Shown here in pieces: positions 17,613 to 26,003 of a stretch of 38,403 nucleotides of DNA (position 1 is the first letter of the stretch; each line of letters begins with the position of its first letter). The position numbers and the translations under genes were made by a program. The DNA comes from a virus (lineage: Duplodnaviria; Caudoviricetes), in IMG/VR virus record IMGVR_UViG_3300030372_000592, positions 1 through 38,403 of that record; one strand, written 5' to 3'. The notes beneath the pieces were generated by a model. It was given only the letters and a program-made list of their open reading frames with translations. It made no database searches and was not told the DNA's origin.

Positions 17613-17853
17613 AATAAATATTATTTTACCTTTTTTAAAAGGAATGCTTACTGCATCTTTAGTTATTTTAATAGGAACACTTGCAATAGTCTCTTGTGAA
17701 GATATAAGTATTGGAAAAACAAAAGAAGAAATTGCAAGAGAAATGTTTGAAGTAGATTCTTTAATTAAAACAATACATATGCAACTTGATAGTACTGCTA
17801 TTGATTTTAATAAAATTTATATTGATGCTCAACGTATTAATAATGGACATTAA
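17599..17853 (+). CDS. Putative lipoprotein
   Basis: Hydrophobic leader ending IVSC, then helical domain. Confidence 0.6.
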   Translation: MEDTKINIILPFLKGMLTASLVILIGTLAIVSCEDISIGKTKEEIAREMFEVDSLIKTIHMQLDSTAIDFNKIYIDAQRINNGH

Positions 17854-17929
17854 GCATCAAGTTTACGGATTAATTGTTACCATATTAATTTTTGGAATAT
17901 TTGTATATATAATAAATAAAACAAAATGA
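17843..17929 (+). CDS. 28 aa single-TM peptide (not in ORF track)
   Basis: MDIKHQVYGLIVTILIFGIFVYIINKTK; ATGA overlap with next gene. Confidence 0.55.
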   Translation: MDIKHQVYGLIVTILIFGIFVYIINKTK

Positions 17930-18204
17930 AGCCCATAGGTCAAGATTCAAGTTTAAACATATCACTTCCAATGCTTTTTCAAGCGGTTGCCGTCATAGGT
18001 GCGATGGTCTGGGGTTATGGAGAGTTAAATGGTCGTATATCATTTCTTGAATACCAAGTAAGAATAAATGAAGAGCATATAGAAGCTATTGAAGAAGATG
18101 CTAAAGAGAGTCAAAATGCTGAAATACCTGCTGATATAAGACAGAATGAAAAGATTAGAGTGCTTGAAGAAGAAGTAAGTAAATTAAGAGAACAAAGGAA
18201 ATGA
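17926..18204 (+). CDS. Single-TM coiled-coil protein
   Basis: One TM helix followed by heptad repeats. Confidence 0.75.
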   Translation: MKPIGQDSSLNISLPMLFQAVAVIGAMVWGYGELNGRISFLEYQVRINEEHIEAIEEDAKESQNAEIPADIRQNEKIRVLEEEVSKLREQRK

Positions 18205-18365
18205 CATGGTTTTATACATTATGTGTGATTGCGATTGCGATTGTTGTTGCGGATAAAAAGGGAACTTTAGAACCTGCAGTAAATAAGTTTGAAGAAAAAA
18301 TTGGAATTAGAACTGAATTACCACCAGACACAACGGAGTTTGAAATAGATGTCGAAAGCTATTAG
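18201..18365 (+). CDS. 54 aa N-terminally anchored peptide (not in ORF track)
   Basis: MTWFYTLCVIAIAIVVADKKG...; ATGA overlap; AAAGGA upstream. Confidence 0.6.
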   Translation: MTWFYTLCVIAIAIVVADKKGTLEPAVNKFEEKIGIRTELPPDTTEFEIDVESY

Positions 18366-18612
18366 TGAAGACGCTCAAATACACATTAGCGTAGCTTTTC
18401 TTATCAAAGCTATGGTGGCAGTTGCGATTGTTACTGGCTCTTGGTATCAAGCACAAATGAAGTTTGCAGAGCAAGAGAGAAGGATAGAAGATTTGGAAAA
18501 TAAAGTTACTGTATTAAATGCTAGTGTCGAAGGAATGGAAACACAGCACATACAGAAACTTGAGGAAGAAAACAAAACCCTAATGCAAAAGTTAGGATTA
18601 AAGAGAAAGTAA
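18349..18612 (+). CDS. Single-TM coiled-coil protein, probable paralog of 17926-18204
   Basis: KAISEDAQIHISVAFL versus KPIGQDSSLNISLPML; same architecture. Confidence 0.75.
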   Translation: MSKAISEDAQIHISVAFLIKAMVAVAIVTGSWYQAQMKFAEQERRIEDLENKVTVLNASVEGMETQHIQKLEEENKTLMQKLGLKRK

Positions 18613-18621
18613 GGAAATATA

Positions 18622-18882
18622 ATGGCTAAAAAAGAAAATAAAAAAGAAAATGCCCCAATGTTAAACCTTGATGGGAAAGAGTATGATATCAATCTAATGA
18701 GTGATGAACAAAAAACAATGGTTAATCATATTTCAGATTTAAATAGAAAGATTGAGACATCAACATTTAATATTCAGCAGTTACAGTTTGGAAGACAAGC
18801 GTTTATAGACGGTCTTAAGGCTGCACTATCTGAAAAAAATAAGTATCCTTATAATAAAGAACAAGAGTCTGGTAAAGATTAG
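18622..18882 (+). CDS. Hypothetical coiled-coil protein
   Basis: SD AAGGA; LDGKEY..MSDEQK..NHI.DL.RK. Confidence 0.75.
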   Translation: MAKKENKKENAPMLNLDGKEYDINLMSDEQKTMVNHISDLNRKIETSTFNIQQLQFGRQAFIDGLKAALSEKNKYPYNKEQESGKD

Positions 18883-18923
18883 TATGTTTTTTATGCTTTG
18901 GATTAGAAAGAAGGGTTGGTAGT

Positions 18924-19103
18924 ATGGCTAAGAACTTAAAGAATGTAAACCTTAATGGATTATCTGCTATGCAAAAAAAGCAAATGCAGAAACATAAAGT
19001 TCACCATACTAAAAAACACTTGTCAGTAATGGCATCAGAAATGAGAAAGGGTAAAACCTTTAAACAGTCACACAATAAAGCCCAAAAGATTGTTGGGAAG
19101 TAG
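18924..19103 (+). CDS. 59 aa basic His-rich protein (not in ORF track)
   Basis: MAKNLK...KHKVHHTKKHLSVMASEMRKGKTFKQSHNKAQKIVGK; in operon orientation. Confidence 0.75.
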   Translation: MAKNLKNVNLNGLSAMQKKQMQKHKVHHTKKHLSVMASEMRKGKTFKQSHNKAQKIVGK

Positions 19104-19249
19104 TGATTGATAAAGCAATTCTTGCAGGAAAATTTATTATGTCTATTGTAGTCGCATTTAGCATTAGACAAGAAATGCTCCTGCAAGTTATGCTTGGATT
19201 TTTATTTTTAATTGGTTTAAAAACAACTAAGAAAGTATTAGATGATTGA
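19103..19249 (+). CDS. 48 aa hydrophobic peptide, holin-like candidate (not in ORF track)
   Basis: GTG start overlapping the previous TAG; two hydrophobic segments. Confidence 0.55.
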   Translation: MIDKAILAGKFIMSIVVAFSIRQEMLLQVMLGFLFLIGLKTTKKVLDD

Positions 19250-19547
19250 AACATATGCTGAGTACGGTGCTGTTGGTGTTATTGTCTCATTATTTGTAAT
19301 GATGATAGTAAATCTTATGAAAAGCCAAAAAGCTCAAAATGAAGATTTAGACAATATAAGACAAGCTATGGCTAAGATGGAGTCTACAATAGAGAATGTA
19401 GAGGGTATAGTTATAAAACTAATAGAGAGATGGAATAAATCAGATGATACAAGCCAAAGACACAGAGAAGATATAGTAAAAGAATTAAATGATGTAACCG
19501 ATGATTTAGCGTACCTTAAGGGTCGCATTAATGGAAAGGCTAGTTGA
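19242..19547 (+). CDS. Holin-like protein (one TM plus coiled coil)
   Basis: EYGAVGVIVSLFVMMIV; C-terminal LAYLKGRING; upstream of endolysin. Confidence 0.6.
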   Translation: MIETYAEYGAVGVIVSLFVMMIVNLMKSQKAQNEDLDNIRQAMAKMESTIENVEGIVIKLIERWNKSDDTSQRHREDIVKELNDVTDDLAYLKGRINGKAS

Positions 19548-19550
19548 TAA

Positions 19551-19700
19551 ATGGTAGATTCAACTAAAGCAGTAGTTAATGGTGTAGTTGGAGTAGGTGT
19601 TTGGTGGGTGAACTTACCAATGTTACTGCAAATGGCTGTATCTATTGCAACTTTAGTATACTTAATAGTTAAAACAAATAATGAGATTAGGAGAAAATAA
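19551..19700 (+). CDS. 49 aa two-TM holin-like peptide (not in ORF track)
   Basis: MVDSTKAVVNGVVGVGVWWVNLPMLLQMAVSIATLVYLIVKTNNEIRRK; TAATG coupling. Confidence 0.65.
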   Translation: MVDSTKAVVNGVVGVGVWWVNLPMLLQMAVSIATLVYLIVKTNNEIRRK

Positions 19701-19927
19701 TGGGTTTAAAAGAAATGTTAGTAGCTGCGGCTGAAAGTCAAGCGGATTCAATTAAAAAACAAATGGTTGACCAGCTTACTTCAGATGAAATGGCTAAGAC
19801 AATCGCTACAAAAATTAATGAGAAGATTGATATTCCATTTGTAAGCGAAGATAAAGAGCAAATCTTTTTTGAGAAGTGCGTTGACGTTGTTACTGACCTG
19901 GTAGAAGGTTTAATTAAGGGTAAGTAA
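19700..19927 (+). CDS. Hypothetical protein of the lysis region
   Basis: SD AGGAG; INEKIDIPFVSE motif; coupled to endolysin. Confidence 0.75.
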   Translation: MGLKEMLVAAAESQADSIKKQMVDQLTSDEMAKTIATKINEKIDIPFVSEDKEQIFFEKCVDVVTDLVEGLIKGK

Positions 19928-20319
19928 TGCCAAGATTTAGCACAAAAAGCAAAAACAAACTATATACTTGCGATGAAAGGCTGGTTGAATTGTTTAATGA
20001 GGTTGTAAAAGGCTTTGATTGCACAATATTAGAAGGTCATAGAGGACAGAAAGCTCAAGATGAAGCATATAATAGAGGAAATAGCAAAGTTAAGTTCCCA
20101 AATGGGAAGCATAATAAAAGCCCCAGTATCGCTGTTGATGTTGCTCCTTATCCTATTGACTGGGATGATAGGGATAGGTTTCATTACTTTGGCGGCTACG
20201 TTCTTGGAATTGCTAGACAGATGGGACTCAAGATAAGATGGGGCGGAGATTGGGATATGGATACCAAAACCAAAGATAATAAGTTTGACGATTTAGTACA
20301 TTTTGAGATAAAGGAATAA
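19927..20319 (+). CDS. Endolysin, M15 family (L-Ala-D-Glu-type) Zn peptidase
   Basis: EGHR..Q, KHN..S.AVD, RWGGDW, DLVHFE. Confidence 0.92.
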   Translation: MPRFSTKSKNKLYTCDERLVELFNEVVKGFDCTILEGHRGQKAQDEAYNRGNSKVKFPNGKHNKSPSIAVDVAPYPIDWDDRDRFHYFGGYVLGIARQMGLKIRWGGDWDMDTKTKDNKFDDLVHFEIKE

Positions 20320-22661
20320 TGCCTAAACAGTTTAAAACCTATACACGATTTGATGGTGGTTTAAACACCAAAACTAACGCAAGGTCTATTGCAGATAATG
20401 AGTTAGCACAAGCTAATAATGTTATTGTAGATGAGTTTGGAGTAGTAAAGTCATCTGGTAAAGTTACAGACAATACAAGTGACTACACAGCTCCTAGCTT
20501 AGATGCGTCTCAGGCTGGATTTGGTTTGTTCCAAGCTAGAATGGACTATACTGGAGTTAGTGGCTCTGGAACTAATACATCTACAATAAAGACGTTTTTG
20601 GCTGATACAGATGCTACTTCTGATACTAGAATAGATGTAGCTGATGGTAGTGGTAGTTTTTCAGAAGCTATAGACTTGGGTAGTACTGCAAATGGTAAGG
20701 TAATATATGACTTAGCTGATGGTGTGGTAAGAGTTTGTGATACTAATTTTGGTGCTGGCAACAGCGTAAAATGGTATGGATATGTAAATAAAAAGCTATG
20801 GTTAAAAGACGACCTGACTCAGTTAAATGTTGGTGGAGGTAGTGCTCAAACAGTAAATCAATGGGTGGTGTCTGATGCCCCACCAAAACAACCATTTGAT
20901 GGCACAGCTGCAACTGGATTAGTTAGCGCTGTTCTTGGAATTGATGACACTCTTGAAGGCGTTGCAAGCGGAACTACAGTTACATTAGCAAATAATATAA
21001 CAGATACTGGTAACACATCTGGAACAGACACTCAACTAGATACTGGTTTATACGTTCTTATAAACGGCCCAGGTCTTGATACAGTAGGGATAGTTAGAAG
21101 AGATAGCAATACACAGTTAACAATAGATTCATCAAAAACTTGGAATGCTGCTGGCTCTGATATTAAGCTATATATAGCTCCTGATGCTGGACTTGGATTT
21201 AATCTTCAAGCAATAGCAACTGGAAGTGATGGTAGTATACCAGCTGGTACGTATGAATTTGCCCAAACATTTATTTATGATGGTGTTCAAGAATCTTTGC
21301 CTACAGTAATGACTGGACTAATAACTGTTTCTGCCAATCAAAGAATCGACCTGTCTATTATAGCTTCGCATGGTTATGACGAAAGAATTACTGGTGGTAG
21401 AATATACTTTAGAGATTCTACCTCAAAGGGAGAATTTCAACTTGCAGCTGATATAGATTTAACCTATGGATGTAGAACAAATTTAGAGGCAAGGTACGTT
21501 GGTTGGTCAACTATATATAGCCAAGCTTCTTTTTTATTCTGCACAGTATCAATACAAGACCCAAATGCTGATACATATAGCTCACTAAATGGATATAACG
21601 CTGATTTATCTAGCATATCAATAGGAAATACTGGAGAAGGGTATAAGACTAGCGTAGTGTCAAATAGAAGAAGGTTTGTAGCTAATGTAAAGTCTATCAA
21701 CGACAAAGGACAAACAGTTGTTCAGTCAGATAGATTAATGTATAGCGAGATAAATAGATTTGATACGTTTCCACCTACAAACTTTATTGATATAGGTGTT
21801 AACGATGGAGAAGACTTTGTAAAGATAGAGTCTTATGCTGATAGATTGTTAGCATACAAGAATAGAACATTGTATGTTATTAACGTGGGTGGTGGTTCTG
21901 ATACTCAATGGTTCTTAGAATCAGAGCATAAAAATATGGGGGTAGACTTTCATGCAGCAGTCGTAAAAACAGACTTTGGAGTTGCCTGGGTAAATAAGAA
22001 TGGTTTATTCTTTTATGATGGTTCACAAATAAGAAACTTGCAAAGCAAGGTACTGGAGTCAGAGTGGACAAGTTTTGTAAACGATGATACTATTATTGGA
22101 TATGAACCAACTCATAAACATTTAGTTATAGTTAGAGACGCTGCTGCTTCTGGTGGTACAAGTGGTGATGCTTATGTTTATAGTTTTATTACAAACAGCT
22201 TTACTTTTGTAGAAGATATGGTTGATAACGCTGTAAAAACTAATATTATTACAGACCTACATAACAATATGACTTTAGGTGTAGGAACAGATGAGTTAGA
22301 ATCTTATGATGGAGAGCCAGATTCTGGAGCTACGTTTGACATAAAGTTAAAAGACGATGACTTTGGTTTGCCTAATATAGTTAAAAAGATTTACGGTGTA
22401 ACTGTAGAATATGCTAGTGGAGCATCTAATAGTAATGGTGTTAAATATTTTTACACAAATGATAGTGGTACAAAACAAGGAACTGCTAATGCTGGGACTT
22501 TAGCTAGTACAAGCAATGACTTAGATGTAAATAGAATTACATTTGGTTCTCCATTATTAGCTTCTTCTTTTCAGGTTCAGATAGATTTAGATGGAAGTAG
22601 TGTTCAAAAAGTAAATAGTGTTGGTGTAGAGTATAGACCATTATATAAGAGAATTACATAA
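20319..22661 (+). CDS. Tail nozzle / stabilisation protein (P22 gp10, T7 gp12-like position)
   Basis: N-terminal FDGGLN, beta-propeller-like repeats (RLMYS, GLFFYDG); 780 aa. Confidence 0.7.
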   Translation: MPKQFKTYTRFDGGLNTKTNARSIADNELAQANNVIVDEFGVVKSSGKVTDNTSDYTAPSLDASQAGFGLFQARMDYTGVSGSGTNTSTIKTFLADTDATSDTRIDVADGSGSFSEAIDLGSTANGKVIYDLADGVVRVCDTNFGAGNSVKWYGYVNKKLWLKDDLTQLNVGGGSAQTVNQWVVSDAPPKQPFDGTAATGLVSAVLGIDDTLEGVASGTTVTLANNITDTGNTSGTDTQLDTGLYVLINGPGLDTVGIVRRDSNTQLTIDSSKTWNAAGSDIKLYIAPDAGLGFNLQAIATGSDGSIPAGTYEFAQTFIYDGVQESLPTVMTGLITVSANQRIDLSIIASHGYDERITGGRIYFRDSTSKGEFQLAADIDLTYGCRTNLEARYVGWSTIYSQASFLFCTVSIQDPNADTYSSLNGYNADLSSISIGNTGEGYKTSVVSNRRRFVANVKSINDKGQTVVQSDRLMYSEINRFDTFPPTNFIDIGVNDGEDFVKIESYADRLLAYKNRTLYVINVGGGSDTQWFLESEHKNMGVDFHAAVVKTDFGVAWVNKNGLFFYDGSQIRNLQSKVLESEWTSFVNDDTIIGYEPTHKHLVIVRDAAASGGTSGDAYVYSFITNSFTFVEDMVDNAVKTNIITDLHNNMTLGVGTDELESYDGEPDSGATFDIKLKDDDFGLPNIVKKIYGVTVEYASGASNSNGVKYFYTNDSGTKQGTANAGTLASTSNDLDVNRITFGSPLLASSFQVQIDLDGSSVQKVNSVGVEYRPLYKRIT

Positions 22662-22852
22662 TGCCTATTGATAGAGAAAAAAGATTTTTATATAACTCTA
22701 AGGGAGTTAAAACAAAGTTAGAGCAAGGATATCCATCAAACGATTCTGGTAATGATGGAGAAGAAAGAATAGTGAAAACACCAGATGGTAAGCTTAGGCT
22801 TTATAGAAAAGAAATTGGTGCATGGCACTACTTAGAATTTACAAGGAGTTAG
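22661..22852 (+). CDS. Small hypothetical protein
   Basis: TAATG coupling; G.DG.......LY.K..G.W pattern. Confidence 0.7.
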   Translation: MPIDREKRFLYNSKGVKTKLEQGYPSNDSGNDGEERIVKTPDGKLRLYRKEIGAWHYLEFTRS

Positions 22853-22853
22853 T

Positions 22854-23606
22854 ATGACTTTAGCAGAATTATTAGCAATGGTAAGAGGAACTATGGGGGC
22901 TGGTTTTGCACAAACAGGAAGAGCCTTAACCTCAGCTGCTCAGAAAGATAGAAGAACAATTCAAAGAGGTTTGACAGGATTAAAAGACGCTTATAGAGGT
23001 GCTGGAGAACAGTTTGAAGACATAAAAAAAGACTCTTCACTTGGAAGACTTATAGGAAAAGGAGTTGGATTTTTAGTTGGAGGAGCTCCTTTGGCTAGTA
23101 TTCTTGGAACTGTTGGAAGCGAAGTTGGCAGAGCTGGTAGAAAGGTTAAGTCAATACCAACAGAGTTAGCGGATACTACTTTTTTTCAAGGTGGTAGGGA
23201 AAAATTTGATGCATCAAAAGCAGATTTAAATAGATTTATAAGTAGAGCTAACGCAAGTTTCTCAGACAGTCTTATTTCGAATGCAATATCAGATTTTATA
23301 ACATCTTCTCAACTAGAAAGGGCTGGTATAACACCAGAAAAACTTCGTTCTATACCAGGATTTGCTAGGAGCACAGATGCTGAGGGCAATGTTCTTGGAT
23401 TAAGAAGAGGGGTTCAATCTGCTTTTACAGGCTCTAGTGCTGAAGACTTAATTGCTTCACTAACTGGAGGTAGGGCTCAACAACCTGAAATTTCTTTGCG
23501 AGATTTTTTACCAGCAGGTAGGATGATGGCTGCCCCACCTAACATCGCTCCCCTTGGAGAAGATGAAGCGTTAAGAAGACTTATGATGTATGAAGGGTTT
23601 AGATAA
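22854..23606 (+). CDS. Putative ejection / internal virion protein
   Basis: SD AAGGAG; Gly/Ala-rich hydrophobic hairpin; position after nozzle. Confidence 0.55.
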   Translation: MTLAELLAMVRGTMGAGFAQTGRALTSAAQKDRRTIQRGLTGLKDAYRGAGEQFEDIKKDSSLGRLIGKGVGFLVGGAPLASILGTVGSEVGRAGRKVKSIPTELADTTFFQGGREKFDASKADLNRFISRANASFSDSLISNAISDFITSSQLERAGITPEKLRSIPGFARSTDAEGNVLGLRRGVQSAFTGSSAEDLIASLTGGRAQQPEISLRDFLPAGRMMAAPPNIAPLGEDEALRRLMMYEGFR

Positions 23607-24316
23607 TGAATTTTCAAGAATTATTAGATAGAGTAGGCTTTGGTCAGTATGCAGATTATTTTGACAGCGCTCCTAAAGTTGCAGAAGCCTTTGGATTTAC
23701 TGGAGACAGAGCTCAACAGTTTGGAAAATTTTTTCAACCATTTGACCGAGATAGAGCGTTAGAAGCTTTTCAAGAAATAGGTAGTAGGGTAGGAACGAGA
23801 ACATCTAACCTAATGTCTGATGTTAGTTCTGGTCTTGGTGGTGCAATATCTGACATACTAGGTACAGGAGCTCAAACAGGATTTACTAGGTCTGGAGCTA
23901 CGCAAAGGCTAGTTTCTGGAGCAAGGGGAACAGCTGAAGATGCACTGTCTAGAGGTCGGTATCAAATAGACCAGCAAAGGGGTCAGGAAATGGCTGGATT
24001 AACTGGTTTATTCCAAAATTATTTAACAGGAACGTTTGGAAGAGCAGAGAGAATAGATGCATTAGACCCAACGCAACCAGTTTCTGGCTCTACACCACCT
24101 CTTTTAGACATTAAAATTCCTGGAACTATTGACCAACCTGGAGATGAGCCAGTTCAATTCAGAAGAGCTAGAAGTATGCTTTTTAATTATTTTTCTGCTA
24201 CAAATAGTTTTCCATCACAAGAAGAATATGATAGATTAATACAGGGATTGGGAAGTCGTTTGCTGGAAGATGGCTCTATGACTGCAGAAAGATATCTAGA
24301 AGAAACAGGAGGCTAG
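23606..24316 (+). CDS. Putative ejection / internal virion protein
   Basis: Gly/Gln-rich helical; coupled; position. Confidence 0.5.
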   Translation: MNFQELLDRVGFGQYADYFDSAPKVAEAFGFTGDRAQQFGKFFQPFDRDRALEAFQEIGSRVGTRTSNLMSDVSSGLGGAISDILGTGAQTGFTRSGATQRLVSGARGTAEDALSRGRYQIDQQRGQEMAGLTGLFQNYLTGTFGRAERIDALDPTQPVSGSTPPLLDIKIPGTIDQPGDEPVQFRRARSMLFNYFSATNSFPSQEEYDRLIQGLGSRLLEDGSMTAERYLEETGG

Positions 24317-24319
24317 TAA

Positions 24320-25990
24320 ATGGCAAATGGATTTGATTATAAATCACCTATAGATACATTGTTAAGTGTTACTCTACCTAGGTTTTTAGACAGCGAGCTC
24401 AATAGGCAAGAGAGGTCTCGTCAGTTTGACGAGAGATTAGCTTTCAATGAACAGCAAGCTTTGATTAATCAACAGCAAGCTGAAAAAAGTTTTAATTTAA
24501 GAAAAGACCAATTTGAGTTTCAACAAGGATTGCAGCAAACAAAAGAAGATGAAGAGTTTGACGAACAGTTAATGTCTACATTAGAAAATGTCAGAAGCTA
24601 CCCAGACTATGAAAAACAAGCTAAAGCAATTAAAGATAGATTGAAGACAGATAAATTTAGAACTATTTTAGATAGAGGTCTTATAACTGCTCAATCAAAT
24701 AGTCAATTTACAAAAAGAGAAATAGATAGTTTGGCTAATATTCTTGGTGATGATTTTAGAGACTATGCTGAAAACAGGCTTTCTGGTAGAGTCAATGTTA
24801 GCGATGCAGATTTTTCAAGAGTAGCTCAAAACTATATTAGCACTAAAGCGACTATAAGAGCTGAAGATAGCGCTAGATTCAGTCAGCTTTACAAAACAGC
24901 AAATCAAGCAGCTGAAGATTTAAAATCTATAATTGATTTTAAAGACGCTAAACAAATTTCAGACCCAGCTACACAAAAATACCTTACAGAAAGGTTTCCA
25001 GTTCTTTTGGGATTGAGCGATGATGAGCTTGACAAAAGATTAAAGAGCACTAGCACACTACTAAGTGAGAGTAGACAAGAGCTATATAATTTTGTAAAGA
25101 AATCAAACCTACCTACTAACGAAGCATTTAACCCAGATTTAGCCAAAAGCACTGCAGGTAGCAGTATAGGAATAGAAACCTTTCAAAGTATAATGGGTTC
25201 AACGCCCAAATATGAAATTCCAAATTATAACAGCGTTGACACTAAAAACTTAGAAGGAGGCTCTACGGTTAGGATTGGAGACACTACATCTGGATATGTT
25301 GGAGTGATTAATGACGATGGAAATATAACATTAACAGTAGATAATGCAGATGCTGAGATTATTCAAAAAGCATTAGCTGAAGATACTGGTGAAGATATAT
25401 ATGTAGACGGGAATCAAGCAACAGATGTAAGAGATTTAAGTACAGCGCCCGTAGAGTCTGTAGAAACTAAAGGCGACGATGAAGACGCAGAGAGAAGATT
25501 GGCTAATAAATATCAGACTGATGAAGAAGCTGTTCAAAAAACATTGTTAGGATTTTTAACTGGAGGAGCTGTAAATCAATCTTCAGACATACCTACAATA
25601 TCAGAAGGGGTTAAGGCTGCTAAAGATGTTTCTGAGTCTATTGTTTCTGGAGGAACAAGAGAACAAACTCAAGCAGTTAGAAACGCTAGATATGGCATAA
25701 ACAATGCTGTTAATGTTTTGTTAGCTGGAAAAAGAAAAGGTTTGCCAGAAGAAGAGGTAAGTCAGGCTAACGAAGAAATAAAATCTTTGATAACAGAAGC
25801 TGCTAAAACTGCTGAAAATTCAAATAATCCAGCAGTAAGAAGAAATTTAATATCATTAATTAACAACACACATTCAAGGGTTAATAAAGCAATAGCTAGA
25901 ATGCAAAAAACAGATGATGATATCAGCTTTTTTTATGATGATACAGTAGCGTTAATAAACGCAATGAAAGCAAAAGTATCTGGCAATTAA
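24320..25990 (+). CDS. Putative ejection / internal virion protein
   Basis: SD GGAGG; N-terminal Gln-rich coiled coil; 556 aa. Confidence 0.55.
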   Translation: MANGFDYKSPIDTLLSVTLPRFLDSELNRQERSRQFDERLAFNEQQALINQQQAEKSFNLRKDQFEFQQGLQQTKEDEEFDEQLMSTLENVRSYPDYEKQAKAIKDRLKTDKFRTILDRGLITAQSNSQFTKREIDSLANILGDDFRDYAENRLSGRVNVSDADFSRVAQNYISTKATIRAEDSARFSQLYKTANQAAEDLKSIIDFKDAKQISDPATQKYLTERFPVLLGLSDDELDKRLKSTSTLLSESRQELYNFVKKSNLPTNEAFNPDLAKSTAGSSIGIETFQSIMGSTPKYEIPNYNSVDTKNLEGGSTVRIGDTTSGYVGVINDDGNITLTVDNADAEIIQKALAEDTGEDIYVDGNQATDVRDLSTAPVESVETKGDDEDAERRLANKYQTDEEAVQKTLLGFLTGGAVNQSSDIPTISEGVKAAKDVSESIVSGGTREQTQAVRNARYGINNAVNVLLAGKRKGLPEEEVSQANEEIKSLITEAAKTAENSNNPAVRRNLISLINNTHSRVNKAIARMQKTDDDISFFYDDTVALINAMKAKVSGN

Positions 25991-26003
25991 CAAGAGGGAG
26001 TTA

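Noticed and set aside
18830-18922. Overlapping CTG-start peptide (KKISILIIKNKSLVKISMFFMLWIRKKGW)
   Set aside because: Weak SD, long overlap and very short; cannot be supported without homologs
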